A stretch of 64,000 bases of DNA from Flavobacteriaceae bacterium (GCA_018699935.1 JABISF010000009.1:8819-72818), one strand, 5' to 3'; counted from the stretch's first letter, positions 38,546 to 48,091 are shown. Numbers and translations: made by a program. The notes: generated by a model not told the origin, from the sequence alone.

Positions 38546-38553
38546 TATATTTG
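38546..38553 (+). promoter_or_regulatory. Candidate -7 promoter box (TATATTTG) for the GMC dehydrogenase genes
   Basis: Exact TAnnTTTG match 43 nt upstream of the ATG at 38596, flanked by two copies of CATAATAAAAT. Confidence 0.35.
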
Positions 38554-38595
38554 AAGATTACCATAATAAAATAGACCAAATTAATTAACTCAACT

Positions 38596-40287
38596 ATGGA
38601 AACAAATTATGATGCAATTGTTGTAGGAACAGGTATCAGTGGAGGCTGGGCTGCAAAGGAATTGTGTGAAAAAGGATTAAAAACACTTGTCTTGGAACGA
38701 GGCCGCATGGTGAAACACGTGGAAGATTACACCACCATGAACAATGATCCTTGGGATTACAAAACCGGTGATGTAATTACACAGGACACCAAAATGAAGC
38801 AAGCCAAGCAGAGTCGGACGCGATATACAGTGACCGAATCCAGCAAACATTTTTTTGTAAACGACCTTGAACATCCCTACAACGAAACCAATCGCTTTGA
38901 TTGGATGCGGGGATATCACGTAGGGGGACGTTCCCTCACTTGGGGAAGACAAAGTTATCGTCTTACCGATTTTGATTTTACAGCGAATTTAAAAGATGGT
39001 GTGGCCGTAGATTGGCCCATTCGTTATAAGGATATGGCTCCATGGTATGGTTATGTTGAAGACTATATTGGAGTGAGTGGAGAAAATGTGGGACTTCCTC
39101 AGTTTCCTGATGGAAATTATCTAAAGCCCATGGAAATGAACTGTGTTGAAGATGTCTTTAAATCTTCCTTAACAGCGCAATATGACGATCGTATTGTTAC
39201 TATGGGAAGAACGGCGCACATTACTGAAGGCACCAAACCCGGTTTGGGAAGAAGTAATTGTCAATACCGCAATCGTTGTAGAAGAGGTTGTCCGTTCGGA
39301 GCGTATTTCAGCAGTAATTCATCGACCTTGCCTGCAGCAGAAAACACAGGCAACATGACCCTTCGACCCAATTCGATTGTACACGAAGTGATGTATGATG
39401 CTGATTCCAAACGCGCTACAGGTGTTCGAGTAATCGACACAGAAACCAGTGAAGTTTTTGAATTTAAAGCCAAGGTAATTTTCCTATGTGCTTCTGCCAT
39501 TGCCTCTACTTCCATACTGATGCAGTCCAAATCCGATCGTTTTCCCAATGGAATGGGGAATGATTCCGGAGAGTTAGGACACAACATTATGGATCACCAC
39601 CTTGGAGTAGGTGCTTCGGCAAAGTACGAAGGTTTCGAAGATAAGTACTACACCGGACGTCGTCCCAATGGGATCTATATTCCGCGTTTTAGAAATATTG
39701 GTGGAAAAACCGATCAAAAAGACTTCCTCAGAGGCTACGGCTATCAAGGAGGCGCATCAAGAAGTTCATGGATGGAAGCCATCAAAGAAATGGCTTACGG
39801 AGCTGGATTTAAGGAAATGATCCAAACCCCCGGAGAATGGAGAATTGGTTTGGGTGGATTTGGTGAAATTTTACCCTATCACGATAATAAAATGACCTTG
39901 GATTACGACAAACTCGATCAGTGGGGACTTCCCACCGTTACTTTTGATGCTACCATCAAAGAAAACGAGCGTAATATGCGTAAAGACATGCAACAACAGG
40001 CAGAAGAAATGCTGACCAATGCAGGCTTTAAGGACGTTCAAGGATATGACGGTGATTATGCCATCGGATTGGGAATTCACGAAATGGGATCTGCTCGTAT
40101 GGGGCGCGATCCAAAAACATCGGTTTTGAATGGTAACAACCAGCTGCATGACGTGCCTAATGTCTATGTGACGGACGGTTCTGCCATGACTTCCGCTGGA
40201 AATGTCAACCCTTCCTTGACCTATATGGCCTTAACGGCCAGAGCAGCCAATCACGCTGTAGAACAATTGAAAAAAATGAATCTTTAA
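38596..40287 (+). CDS. GMC-family FAD oxidoreductase, catalytic subunit (no own signal peptide)
   Basis: 563 aa with the FAD fold YDAIVVGTGISGGWAAKEL and a C-terminal GMC block (HEMGSARMG, LHDVPNVYVTDGS). Confidence 0.88.
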   Translation: METNYDAIVVGTGISGGWAAKELCEKGLKTLVLERGRMVKHVEDYTTMNNDPWDYKTGDVITQDTKMKQAKQSRTRYTVTESSKHFFVNDLEHPYNETNRFDWMRGYHVGGRSLTWGRQSYRLTDFDFTANLKDGVAVDWPIRYKDMAPWYGYVEDYIGVSGENVGLPQFPDGNYLKPMEMNCVEDVFKSSLTAQYDDRIVTMGRTAHITEGTKPGLGRSNCQYRNRCRRGCPFGAYFSSNSSTLPAAENTGNMTLRPNSIVHEVMYDADSKRATGVRVIDTETSEVFEFKAKVIFLCASAIASTSILMQSKSDRFPNGMGNDSGELGHNIMDHHLGVGASAKYEGFEDKYYTGRRPNGIYIPRFRNIGGKTDQKDFLRGYGYQGGASRSSWMEAIKEMAYGAGFKEMIQTPGEWRIGLGGFGEILPYHDNKMTLDYDKLDQWGLPTVTFDATIKENERNMRKDMQQQAEEMLTNAGFKDVQGYDGDYAIGLGIHEMGSARMGRDPKTSVLNGNNQLHDVPNVYVTDGSAMTSAGNVNPSLTYMALTARAANHAVEQLKKMNL

Positions 40288-40299
40288 TATTATATAGAA

Positions 40300-40872
40300 A
40301 TGGATAGAAGAAAAGCCTTACGAAATATTGGAACAGGAATAGGTGCCATTGCGGTTACTCCAACCGTGGTCAGTTTGTTTCAAAGTTGTCAAACAACACC
40401 TTCTTATGCCACTGCTTTCTTTTCGCAAGAACAATTTGCCGCGGTGTCCTCCCTTATGGAGCTCATTATTCCCGCCACGGATATTCCGGGAGCGATCGAG
40501 TTAAAACTTCCTGAATTTGCTGATGCATACATTGCTGCAGTATGGGATGTTGAGGGACAAGATAAATTTCAAGCAGGAGCTGATGCGTTTATGGCAGCCA
40601 CTTTGGCGAGTACCGGAAAGGCAAAGTTGAGTGCAGTTACCACCGAAGAATGGGATGCACAATTGGCAAAATATCTGAAAGCGGACACGCCTCCAGCGGA
40701 TGAAAAAGAAGCGGCTGGTTTTGCTACACAATTGCGAAGCTTGACCGTCAACGCATTTAAAACCAATGAATTTATTGGTGAAAATGTGATGGCTTATGCA
40801 CCCATCCCCGGAGAACAAAGAGGTTGTGTTGACCTTATGGAAGCTACAGGAGGAAAATCCTGGTCCCTATAA
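40300..40872 (+). CDS. Gluconate 2-dehydrogenase subunit 3-family small subunit with Tat signal
   Basis: 190 aa with the twin-arginine motif MDRRKALRNIGTG followed by a hydrophobic stretch and LFQSC. Confidence 0.8.
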   Translation: MDRRKALRNIGTGIGAIAVTPTVVSLFQSCQTTPSYATAFFSQEQFAAVSSLMELIIPATDIPGAIELKLPEFADAYIAAVWDVEGQDKFQAGADAFMAATLASTGKAKLSAVTTEEWDAQLAKYLKADTPPADEKEAAGFATQLRSLTVNAFKTNEFIGENVMAYAPIPGEQRGCVDLMEATGGKSWSL

Positions 40873-41346
40873 GGTTCGCAAATATTCTACAATGGAACGT
40901 GCTTCTTCCTCGCTGAGGTTTTGATTGAGCATCATTACATTGTTGTATTCTTTAAGCAAGGCGTTAGCAACAGCGTCTTGCTTTAACATTTCCGTTGGAT
41001 TCAAAAGTAAATTCATCACCCATTCCGGACTACGTCTTTCCAAGACTCCGCTCATTGCTGGACCAATCAATTTTTTGTCGGTCATGTGACAAGCGGTACA
41101 TTTTTGTTTGAAAAGGGTTGCTCCCTGATCTGCTTTTTCAGTGTCCACAGAACGGTCTAGTTTTACCTCCGTTATTGGACCAATACCTTTGTTACTGAGG
41201 TCCACGGGAACGGAAGATTCCGTTTTTTGAGGAGTCGTTTTGGTTTCTTTTGGAGTTCGTTGGTATTCAAATCCCTTTTTCTTATCTGTTTTGGAGCCAC
41301 AACTTAAAAGAAGGGCAACACTAAAAAGAGCAATAATTTTTTTCAT
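40867..41346 (-). CDS. Mono-haem c-type cytochrome lipoprotein
   Basis: Lipobox LLLSCGS and CTACH (CxxCH) haem-binding motif. I place the start at MKKIIAL (ATG at 41344-41346). Confidence 0.85.
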   Translation of the reverse strand: MKKIIALFSVALLLSCGSKTDKKKGFEYQRTPKETKTTPQKTESSVPVDLSNKGIGPITEVKLDRSVDTEKADQGATLFKQKCTACHMTDKKLIGPAMSGVLERRSPEWVMNLLLNPTEMLKQDAVANALLKEYNNVMMLNQNLSEEEARSIVEYLRTL

Positions 41347-41402
41347 CGATTTAAATTTTGCTAAAAATAGAAAAAGAATAGTTTTATAGAAAAATTGCAC
41401 AC

Positions 41403-41882
41403 ATGTTTTTAAAAGAATTTGAAATTCGTTGGAATGATTTGGACGCAAATCGTCATTTGGCCAACATCGCCTATATCAGTTATGCCTCCGATACGCGAAT
41501 GGCTTTTTTGCAGCATATCGGTCTTAATCACAAGTCTTTACAGGATTTGTCGATAGGTCCGGTGGTCTTCAATGAGCACCTGTACTACTTTAAAGAAGTC
41601 TTGCCCGATGAAAAAATCAGGGTTTCTTTTGAACTGGCAGGAATGAGTTCCGAGGGTACTTTTTTTGAGTTTGAACACAATTATTACAACCAAAAAGGGG
41701 AAAATATTGCTCGTTGCGAGATGATGGGCGGCTGGATGAATCTAAAAACAAGAAAATTGGCAGCACTTCCGCAGTCTTTGATCGACCAATTTGAAGCCTC
41801 CTATAAAACAAACGAATATCATGTTTTGACCCCCAAAGACACCCGAAAATGGAATAAAGTTCCGAAGGATTTAAAGGAATAA
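41403..41882 (+). CDS. Hotdog-fold acyl-CoA thioesterase (4HBT/YbgC-like)
   Basis: 159 aa. The pattern FEIRWNDLDANRHLANIAYISY is typical of the thioesterase superfamily. Confidence 0.75.
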   Translation: MFLKEFEIRWNDLDANRHLANIAYISYASDTRMAFLQHIGLNHKSLQDLSIGPVVFNEHLYYFKEVLPDEKIRVSFELAGMSSEGTFFEFEHNYYNQKGENIARCEMMGGWMNLKTRKLAALPQSLIDQFEASYKTNEYHVLTPKDTRKWNKVPKDLKE

Positions 41883-42260
41883 AAGGGCAGCGGTATACCT
41901 TTTTACAATTTTGTTTTTGAATGAATCGAATTCATTTTACCAAATAAAGCACCTCCCTTTTTAAGGTACAGTCGTCTTTCCAACACCCCTTTTCCCCCAA
42001 TCTGGAGGTTAAAAATTGCACACTTAGAAATTGGTTTTTTGATCAATGGTTCCCCAGCCGTTCAAAAATCCACTGAAACGATTAAGTGAAAATGGAATGC
42101 CTCGACTTTTTATTTATAAATAACTGTAAAACAGTTAAATAAATCCCATTAATGCAATTTATTGTAATTTGAAATCTTCTGGATTTCAGGATTCATAAGT
42201 CTAAAAATTATTTGAAGTGATTATTTAACTTTATTAAACCCAAATTGATTCAAAAAAATC

Positions 42261-43391
42261 ATGAAATTTAAGGTTCTATTAATCAGTGTTTTAACCCTTT
42301 TTTTAGTTCAATGTAAAAAGAAGGTGCAAACCAAAGAAAATCATTCCGAAAACAAAGAAGTTCAAAAACGGGCGAAGTTCGAACCCAAAGAAGGAGTATT
42401 GCTCTTTGTTGGGCAAGAACTCGAAGCTGTGGGAGGTCTGCAGGCCTTCAATGACGGCTATTTAGATCATTTTGACAAACCCGCAGGCTGGACTACCTAC
42501 ACCAGCATCAATCCCGGAGACACTTCGTTCGGCTTTATTCACAAAGGGCTTGACGGCTTATGGGAAACCAATGATTGGGGTGATCATCATTACAATGCAA
42601 AGATGCAACTGCAAAGTCCCAGTTACACTAATATGGCTTTAGCCATAGGGCTGTCCTTTGTCAACCATGAAGAAAAAGTGGCAGAGGGCACCCATGATGT
42701 ATTTATAGAAAAGTTGGCGGATTTTTTATTGTCGTTAGGAAAACGTCCCGTTTTTTTAAGAATTGCTTACGAATTTGATGGGCATCCATGGAATCATTAC
42801 GACAGAGAAAGCACTTAGGCAGCCTACAAACGAATGGTGGATAAGCTGAGAGCAAAGGGTGTAAATAACACCGCTTATGTGTGGCAATCCACGGGTTTTA
42901 TGTCTTCGCAAGAACAATTGGAAGAATGGTATCCGGGGGATGATTATGTTGATTGGCTGGGTGTATCATTCTTTCACATGTGGCCAAAAATCGAAATGTT
43001 TGAATTTGCCCGCAAAAAAGGAAAACCCGTTTTTATTGCTGAGGCAACGCCAACTTCTCCTGATTTAATTGTTGATCCCGAGGGAAATAAAGGATTTACA
43101 AAAGAAATGAAGCTCTCCAACCCACAGCAAGCGCAAATGGCTTGGGAGGAATGGTTTGTACCCTTTTTTGATGCCATTGAAAAAAACAAAGATGTTGTGA
43201 AAGCCGTGCACTACATCAATTGCCATTGGGATTCCCATCGTATGTGGTTCGATAATCCAACTTTTAAGGGAATTGATGCGAGGCTGCATTTAAGTGATGA
43301 AATAAGCAAAAAATGGATTGAGAAAACTTCAAGGGCTCCGTTTATTTTGTCCTCACCCCATTTATATGATGACTTGTATAATAATCAGTGA
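42261..43391 (+). pseudogene. GH26-like (clan GH-A) glycoside hydrolase lipoprotein gene split by one in-frame TAG
   Basis: ORFs 42261..42818 and 42834..43391 are in the same frame: ...GAA AGC ACT TAG GCA GCC TAC AAA CGA ATG..., with the TAG at 42816-42818. The joined product has lipobox FLVQCK, an acid/base-like LRIAYEFDGHPW, the GH26-like WYPGDDYVDWLGVSFF, and a nucleophile-like KPVFIAEATP. Confidence 0.65.
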
Positions 43392-43574
43392 TCGAATTCA
43401 TTAGGGATAAACGATAAGCTACTGCTTTGTAGAGTTTCTTCGGATAGACTTTTTTTTAAAATTAGTTTCTTAGACATAAGTAGAAAACGATTTGGACGTT
43501 TAAAGATACGTTTTTGTAGACTCAACTTTGAAATCTGAAAACTTCCTTTGTAAACTTTTTCAAGAAGACTGCAT

Positions 43575-44486
43575 TCAGTTCCTTGAAGCTTTACGTTCTT
43601 TTGTAACTTTTTTAGACACCAAATAGACCCCCGTAAAAACCAGTAAACAAGCGGAAATTTTGACCCAATCCAGCTGATCATTCCCGGTGGCCAAAGCAAA
43701 GAAAATGGCGATGATGGGCTGTAAATAGGTAAACACGCCAATGGTGGTTGCGGGTAGGGTTTTCAGCGCAAAAACATTCAAAAAGTAAGCCAAAAAAGTG
43801 GTCCCTACGATTACATAGGCAATTCTCCAAATCGCATCAAAAGGAAGACTTTTCCAGGCAATCATTGAAAACTCGTTATAGGTGACCGGGAGGGTCAAAA
43901 AGATCCCAATCAAAAACATCCATTTCATGATGGTGACCGTGTGATATTTTTGGGTTAAAGGTTTTACCATCACCAGATAAATACCAAAAAAAGTGGCGTT
44001 GCACAACATCAAAAAATTTCCCAAGGGAATATTGGGCGCATTGCTGATCAAGGTGGTATTTCCATAAAGAATCAAGATGATGGCGCCTGCAAAGCCGAGT
44101 AAAATACCCAACACTTTCGACAGATTGAGTACTTCTTTTAAAAATATAGAAGAAAGAATAAGGATAATGATGGGCGTCATGGTAACGATCACCCCGGAGT
44201 TAATGGGCGTGGACAGTTGAAGTCCTTTAAAAAACATCAGCATATTGAGACACATACCGAAAAAGGAGGCAACAAAAATTCGGAAATAATCTTTGCGATC
44301 GATCTTTTCTTTGGGCATCCAGGGTGAGACCAACCAAAAAAGCAGAGTAGCTCCCACCACACGAAGGAGGATAAAAGCAAAGGGCCCTACAAAATGGGGC
44401 ATCACCACTTTGGCAATTGTATGATTGAGTCCATAGATGGTGGTGGCACCCAAGGCAGCAAAAAGGGCAACCGTTCTATTGTCCAT
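43575..44486 (-). CDS. DMT-superfamily (EamA) transporter
   Basis: About 303 aa with 10 TM segments in two EamA repeats. I place the start at MDNRTV (ATG at 44484-44486). Confidence 0.82.
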   Translation of the reverse strand: MDNRTVALFAALGATTIYGLNHTIAKVVMPHFVGPFAFILLRVVGATLLFWLVSPWMPKEKIDRKDYFRIFVASFFGMCLNMLMFFKGLQLSTPINSGVIVTMTPIIILILSSIFLKEVLNLSKVLGILLGFAGAIILILYGNTTLISNAPNIPLGNFLMLCNATFFGIYLVMVKPLTQKYHTVTIMKWMFLIGIFLTLPVTYNEFSMIAWKSLPFDAIWRIAYVIVGTTFLAYFLNVFALKTLPATTIGVFTYLQPIIAIFFALATGNDQLDWVKISACLLVFTGVYLVSKKVTKERKASRN

Positions 44487-44832
44487 CCAAAAAAGCTTTC
44501 GCAGCCGCAAGGGTTGAAGCACTGTTACCAACAAAAAGCTGGTCATCGTACAATAAAACCGGACGTTTTAAAAAGGTGTAATGTTCCAATAACAAAGCCT
44601 TAAAATCGACTTCACTCAAGGATTTATTTTTCAAATCACGTTGTTTAAACAGTTGCGCTCTTTTGTTGATCAGGGCTTCATAATTCCCACTGCGTTGATG
44701 GAGTTCCTGCAAAGCAACTTCGTCCAAAGGCGTTTTTTTAATGTCAACAAGTGCAATGGAAGCATCTAAGGAGAGGTTGCTAAGAATACGTCTGCAGGTA
44801 TCGCAACTGCTTAAATAATAAAAAGTACGCAT
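44476..44832 (-). CDS. ArsC/Spx/YffB-family thioredoxin-fold protein
   Basis: 118 aa. The pattern MRTFYYLSSCDTCRR...LLKRPVLL is typical of the ArsC family. Confidence 0.8.
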   Translation of the reverse strand: MRTFYYLSSCDTCRRILSNLSLDASIALVDIKKTPLDEVALQELHQRSGNYEALINKRAQLFKQRDLKNKSLSEVDFKALLLEHYTFLKRPVLLYDDQLFVGNSASTLAAAKAFLDGQ

Positions 44833-44929
44833 GAAAAATATTTTACGTACAAAGAAAAATGATTTTTATTGAAAAACATCCGTTTTCCTGAAAATCAAAT
44901 ACCTTTACAACGCCCAAAAAAGGGAGATT

Positions 44930-46081
44930 ATGAAAGAAAAGTTACACTTTAATAGCCAAACGATACACGGAGGTCAGCATCCGGACAAAGCCTATGGTGC
45001 TGTGATGCCGCCCATCTATCAAACGTCCACTTATGCACAAACCACCCCCGGAGGGCACCAAGGCTTTGAATACAGTCGTACGCACAACCCCACCCGTAAG
45101 GCGTTAGAAAATTCTTTGGCCAGTATTGAAGGTGGCAACTTTGGGTTTGCTTTTGGATCCGGTTTGGCAGCTATGGATGCGGTTTTAAAACTCCTCCAAC
45201 CGGGCGATGAAATTATTTCTACCAACGATCTTTATGGCGGCTCCTACCGTTTGTTTACCAAAATATTTGAAGGCTTTGGACTTAAATTTCATTTTGTAGG
45301 CATGGAAGACACCGCCAACATCAGTCGGTGTATCACTTCCAATACCAAATTAATTTGGGTGGAAACACCCACCAATCCCATGATGAATATCATTGATATT
45401 CAAGCGGTTGCCAAAATTGCAAAAACACACAAAATTTTGTTGGCCGTGGATAACACCTTTGCTTCTTCCTATCTACAACAACCCCTTACCTTGGGCGCAG
45501 ACATAGTAATGCACTCTGCGACCAAATACCTTGCAGGACATTCCGATGTAGTTTTGGGCGCATTGGTTGTCAACGACACCGATTTGGCAGAACGTATTGG
45601 ATTTATTCAAAATGCCAGTGGAGCGATATGTGGTCCCATGGACAGTTTTTTAACCTTAAGAGGTATCAAAACCCTGCATGTTCGAATGCAACGGCATTGT
45701 GAAAACGCACGCGAGATCGCACATTTTTTAAAAAATAATCCCAAAATCGAAAACGTTTTTTGGCCTGGATTTGAGGAGCATCCCAATCATCAGATTGCCA
45801 AATCACAAATGCATGATTTTGGAGGGATGCTATCTTTTGTTACCAAAGGGGGGGATTACAAAGCCGCTATCAAAATTGTGGAACGTCTCCAACTGTTTAC
45901 TTTGGCGGAATCCTTGGGCGGCGTGGAAAGTCTAGCGGGTCACCCGGCCAGTATGACGCATGCCTCTATTCCCAAAGCAGAACGTGAAAAAAGCGGTGTG
46001 GTGGATGCGCTCATCCGTTTGAGTGTAGGCATCGAAGATGTCAGAGACTTGATTGCAGATTTGGAGCAGGCTATTGGATAA
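44930..46081 (+). CDS. Trans-sulfuration PLP enzyme (cystathionine gamma-synthase/gamma-lyase/beta-lyase family)
   Basis: 383 aa with the PLP lysine context HSATKYLAGHSDVV. It belongs to the Cys/Met metabolism PLP family, and the exact specificity cannot be told from sequence alone. Confidence 0.88.
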   Translation: MKEKLHFNSQTIHGGQHPDKAYGAVMPPIYQTSTYAQTTPGGHQGFEYSRTHNPTRKALENSLASIEGGNFGFAFGSGLAAMDAVLKLLQPGDEIISTNDLYGGSYRLFTKIFEGFGLKFHFVGMEDTANISRCITSNTKLIWVETPTNPMMNIIDIQAVAKIAKTHKILLAVDNTFASSYLQQPLTLGADIVMHSATKYLAGHSDVVLGALVVNDTDLAERIGFIQNASGAICGPMDSFLTLRGIKTLHVRMQRHCENAREIAHFLKNNPKIENVFWPGFEEHPNHQIAKSQMHDFGGMLSFVTKGGDYKAAIKIVERLQLFTLAESLGGVESLAGHPASMTHASIPKAEREKSGVVDALIRLSVGIEDVRDLIADLEQAIG

Positions 46082-46087
46082 TTTTTG

Positions 46088-46849
46088 ATGGAGATTCCCA
46101 AAAATAAAAACATCTATTTTGCTTCGGATCAACATTTTGGAGCACCCACAGCTTCGGAAAGCCGGGCTCGGGAAACCCATTTTCTTCATTGGCTCAACAG
46201 CATCCAAAAGGACACGGCAGCCCTGTTTTTGGTGGGTGATTTATTTGATTTTTGGTTTGAATACAAAACCGTTGTTCCCAAGGGTTTTGTCCGGATTTTG
46301 GGAAAACTAGCGGAATTTACCGATCAAGGGATACCCGTATATTTTTTTGTTGGGAATCACGATTTGTGGATGAAGGATTATTTTGAAACTGAATTGAATA
46401 TTCGGGTCTATCACCAAGCTCAGGATTTTACGCTTGGCAAACGCACTTTTTTCATCGGTCATGGCGATGGGCTGGGCCCTCATGATAAAGGGTATAAACG
46501 AATGAAAAAACTCTTTACCCATCCTTGGGCAAAACGGCTATATCGAGCCCTGCATCCCGATGTGGGAATGCGCTTGGGGAAGTATTTATCGGTCAAAAAC
46601 AAAATGATTTCAGGCAAGGAAGACGTTATTTTTTTGGGAGATGAAAAAGAATGGTTAGCACAATATGCGCGAAGAAAATTGGAACAGCAACACCGCGACT
46701 ATTTTATTTTTGGACACCGTCACATCCCTTTGGAAATAACACTATCAGCAACCTCCCACTACATCAATTTGGGCGACTGGATTTCGCATTTCACCTATGG
46801 GGTTTTTGACGGAACCCATTTTCAATTAAAAAAATGGAAAAACACCTAA
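46088..46849 (+). CDS. lpxH: UDP-2,3-diacylglucosamine diphosphatase (LpxH family metallophosphoesterase)
   Basis: Carries the motifs IYFASDQHFG, FLVGDLFDFWFEY, GNHD and GHRH. I prefer the ATG at 46088. Confidence 0.8.
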   Translation: MEIPKNKNIYFASDQHFGAPTASESRARETHFLHWLNSIQKDTAALFLVGDLFDFWFEYKTVVPKGFVRILGKLAEFTDQGIPVYFFVGNHDLWMKDYFETELNIRVYHQAQDFTLGKRTFFIGHGDGLGPHDKGYKRMKKLFTHPWAKRLYRALHPDVGMRLGKYLSVKNKMISGKEDVIFLGDEKEWLAQYARRKLEQQHRDYFIFGHRHIPLEITLSATSHYINLGDWISHFTYGVFDGTHFQLKKWKNT

Positions 46850-46853
46850 CACT

Positions 46854-48062
46854 ATGATCGAAGAGAAATCACTAGAAGTTGAAAAAACGGTCTTGGTGGG
46901 GATTATCAACAATCGTCAAAATGTAGATCAGTCTAAAGAATATTTGGATGAATTGGAGTTTCTGGCATATACGGCAGGAGGAGAGGTATTACAGCGCTTT
47001 ACCCAAAAAATAGATTTGCCCAACCCCAAAACGTTTATCGGTACTGGGAAAATGTTGGAAGTTGCCGAATTTGTTAAAGAGCACGAAGTGACCACAGTCA
47101 TTTTTGATGATGAACTGACGCCCGCTCAACAAGGGAATATTGAAAAAGTTTTAAAAGTTAAAATCCTAGATCGCACCGGATTGATACTCGATATTTTTGC
47201 ACAACGTGCCCAAACCAGCTATGCCCGTACCCAAGTAGAATTGGCGCAATACGAATATTTACTACCACGCTTGAAAGGACTTTGGACGCACCTCGAACGC
47301 CAGCGGGGGGGGATTGGAATGCGGGGTCCTGGAGAAACCGAAATTGAAACCGACCGCCGGATTGTTCGCGATAAAATTTCTCTGTTAAAAAAGAAATTAA
47401 TCACCATCGACAAACAAATGGCTACTCAAAGGGGCAACCGCGGAGCTTTGGTGCGTGTCGCTTTGGTGGGTTATACCAATGTGGGAAAATCCACCCTGAT
47501 GAATGTGATAGCTAAAAGCAATGTGTTTGCAGAGAACAAACTTTTCGCCACGCTCGACACTACGGTTCGAAAAGTAGTCGTGGGAAATTTGCCCTTTTTG
47601 CTCAGTGATACGGTAGGATTTATTCGTAAGCTTCCTACCCAGTTGGTGGAGTCCTTCAAAAGCACTTTGGATGAAGTGCAAGAGGCGGATTTGCTGCTGC
47701 ATGTGGTGGATATTTCCCATCCCAATTTTGAACAGCATATCGATTCGGTCAATCAAATTTTAAAAGAAATTAAAAGTTTGGACAAACCTACGCTTGTGGT
47801 GTTCAATAAAATTGATGCTTATATACCAGAACCCTGGGATGATGACGAACTCATCGCCCAACGCGAAGCCAAACACTTTTCTTTGGACGAATGGGAGCGC
47901 ACATGGATGCATCGGATGAATGGTCAAGCCATTTTTATTTCGGCATTGAACAAAGATAATTTAGACGGTTTTCGGACGCGTGTGTATGCAGAAGTGCGCG
48001 AAATTCATATCACCCGTTTTCCCTACAATCACTTTTTGTATCCGGAAGGACTTGATGAATAA
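46854..48062 (+). CDS. hflX: GTPase HflX
   Basis: 402 aa with the HflX N-domain and the G motifs GYTNVGKST and DTVGF. Confidence 0.93.
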   Translation: MIEEKSLEVEKTVLVGIINNRQNVDQSKEYLDELEFLAYTAGGEVLQRFTQKIDLPNPKTFIGTGKMLEVAEFVKEHEVTTVIFDDELTPAQQGNIEKVLKVKILDRTGLILDIFAQRAQTSYARTQVELAQYEYLLPRLKGLWTHLERQRGGIGMRGPGETEIETDRRIVRDKISLLKKKLITIDKQMATQRGNRGALVRVALVGYTNVGKSTLMNVIAKSNVFAENKLFATLDTTVRKVVVGNLPFLLSDTVGFIRKLPTQLVESFKSTLDEVQEADLLLHVVDISHPNFEQHIDSVNQILKEIKSLDKPTLVVFNKIDAYIPEPWDDDELIAQREAKHFSLDEWERTWMHRMNGQAIFISALNKDNLDGFRTRVYAEVREIHITRFPYNHFLYPEGLDE

Positions 48063-48091
48063 ATTTGTAATATTATATCTTTAAAATAAAA

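Noticed and set aside
41920-41938. A 7-bp hairpin (AATGAAT-CGA-ATTCATT) downstream of the thioesterase gene, a possible terminator.
   Set aside because: The stem is weak and all A/T apart from the loop, and no U-run follows it.
41924-43403. The 12-mer ATCGAATTCATT occurs on both sides of the interrupted GH26-like gene (about 41924 and about 43392), which could suggest direct repeats of an insertion.
   Set aside because: Roughly a hundred identical 12-mer pairs are expected by chance in 64 kb, and the motif contains a palindromic GAATTC core. No integrase, transposase or inverted terminal repeats accompany it.
43385-43741. A 118-aa minus-strand ORF bridging the DMT transporter 3' end and the 183-nt spacer after the GH26-like gene.
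   Set aside because: Its first half overlaps the DMT gene in another frame. The remainder is a lysine/serine/leucine-rich read-through of AT-rich spacer with no start context or motif.
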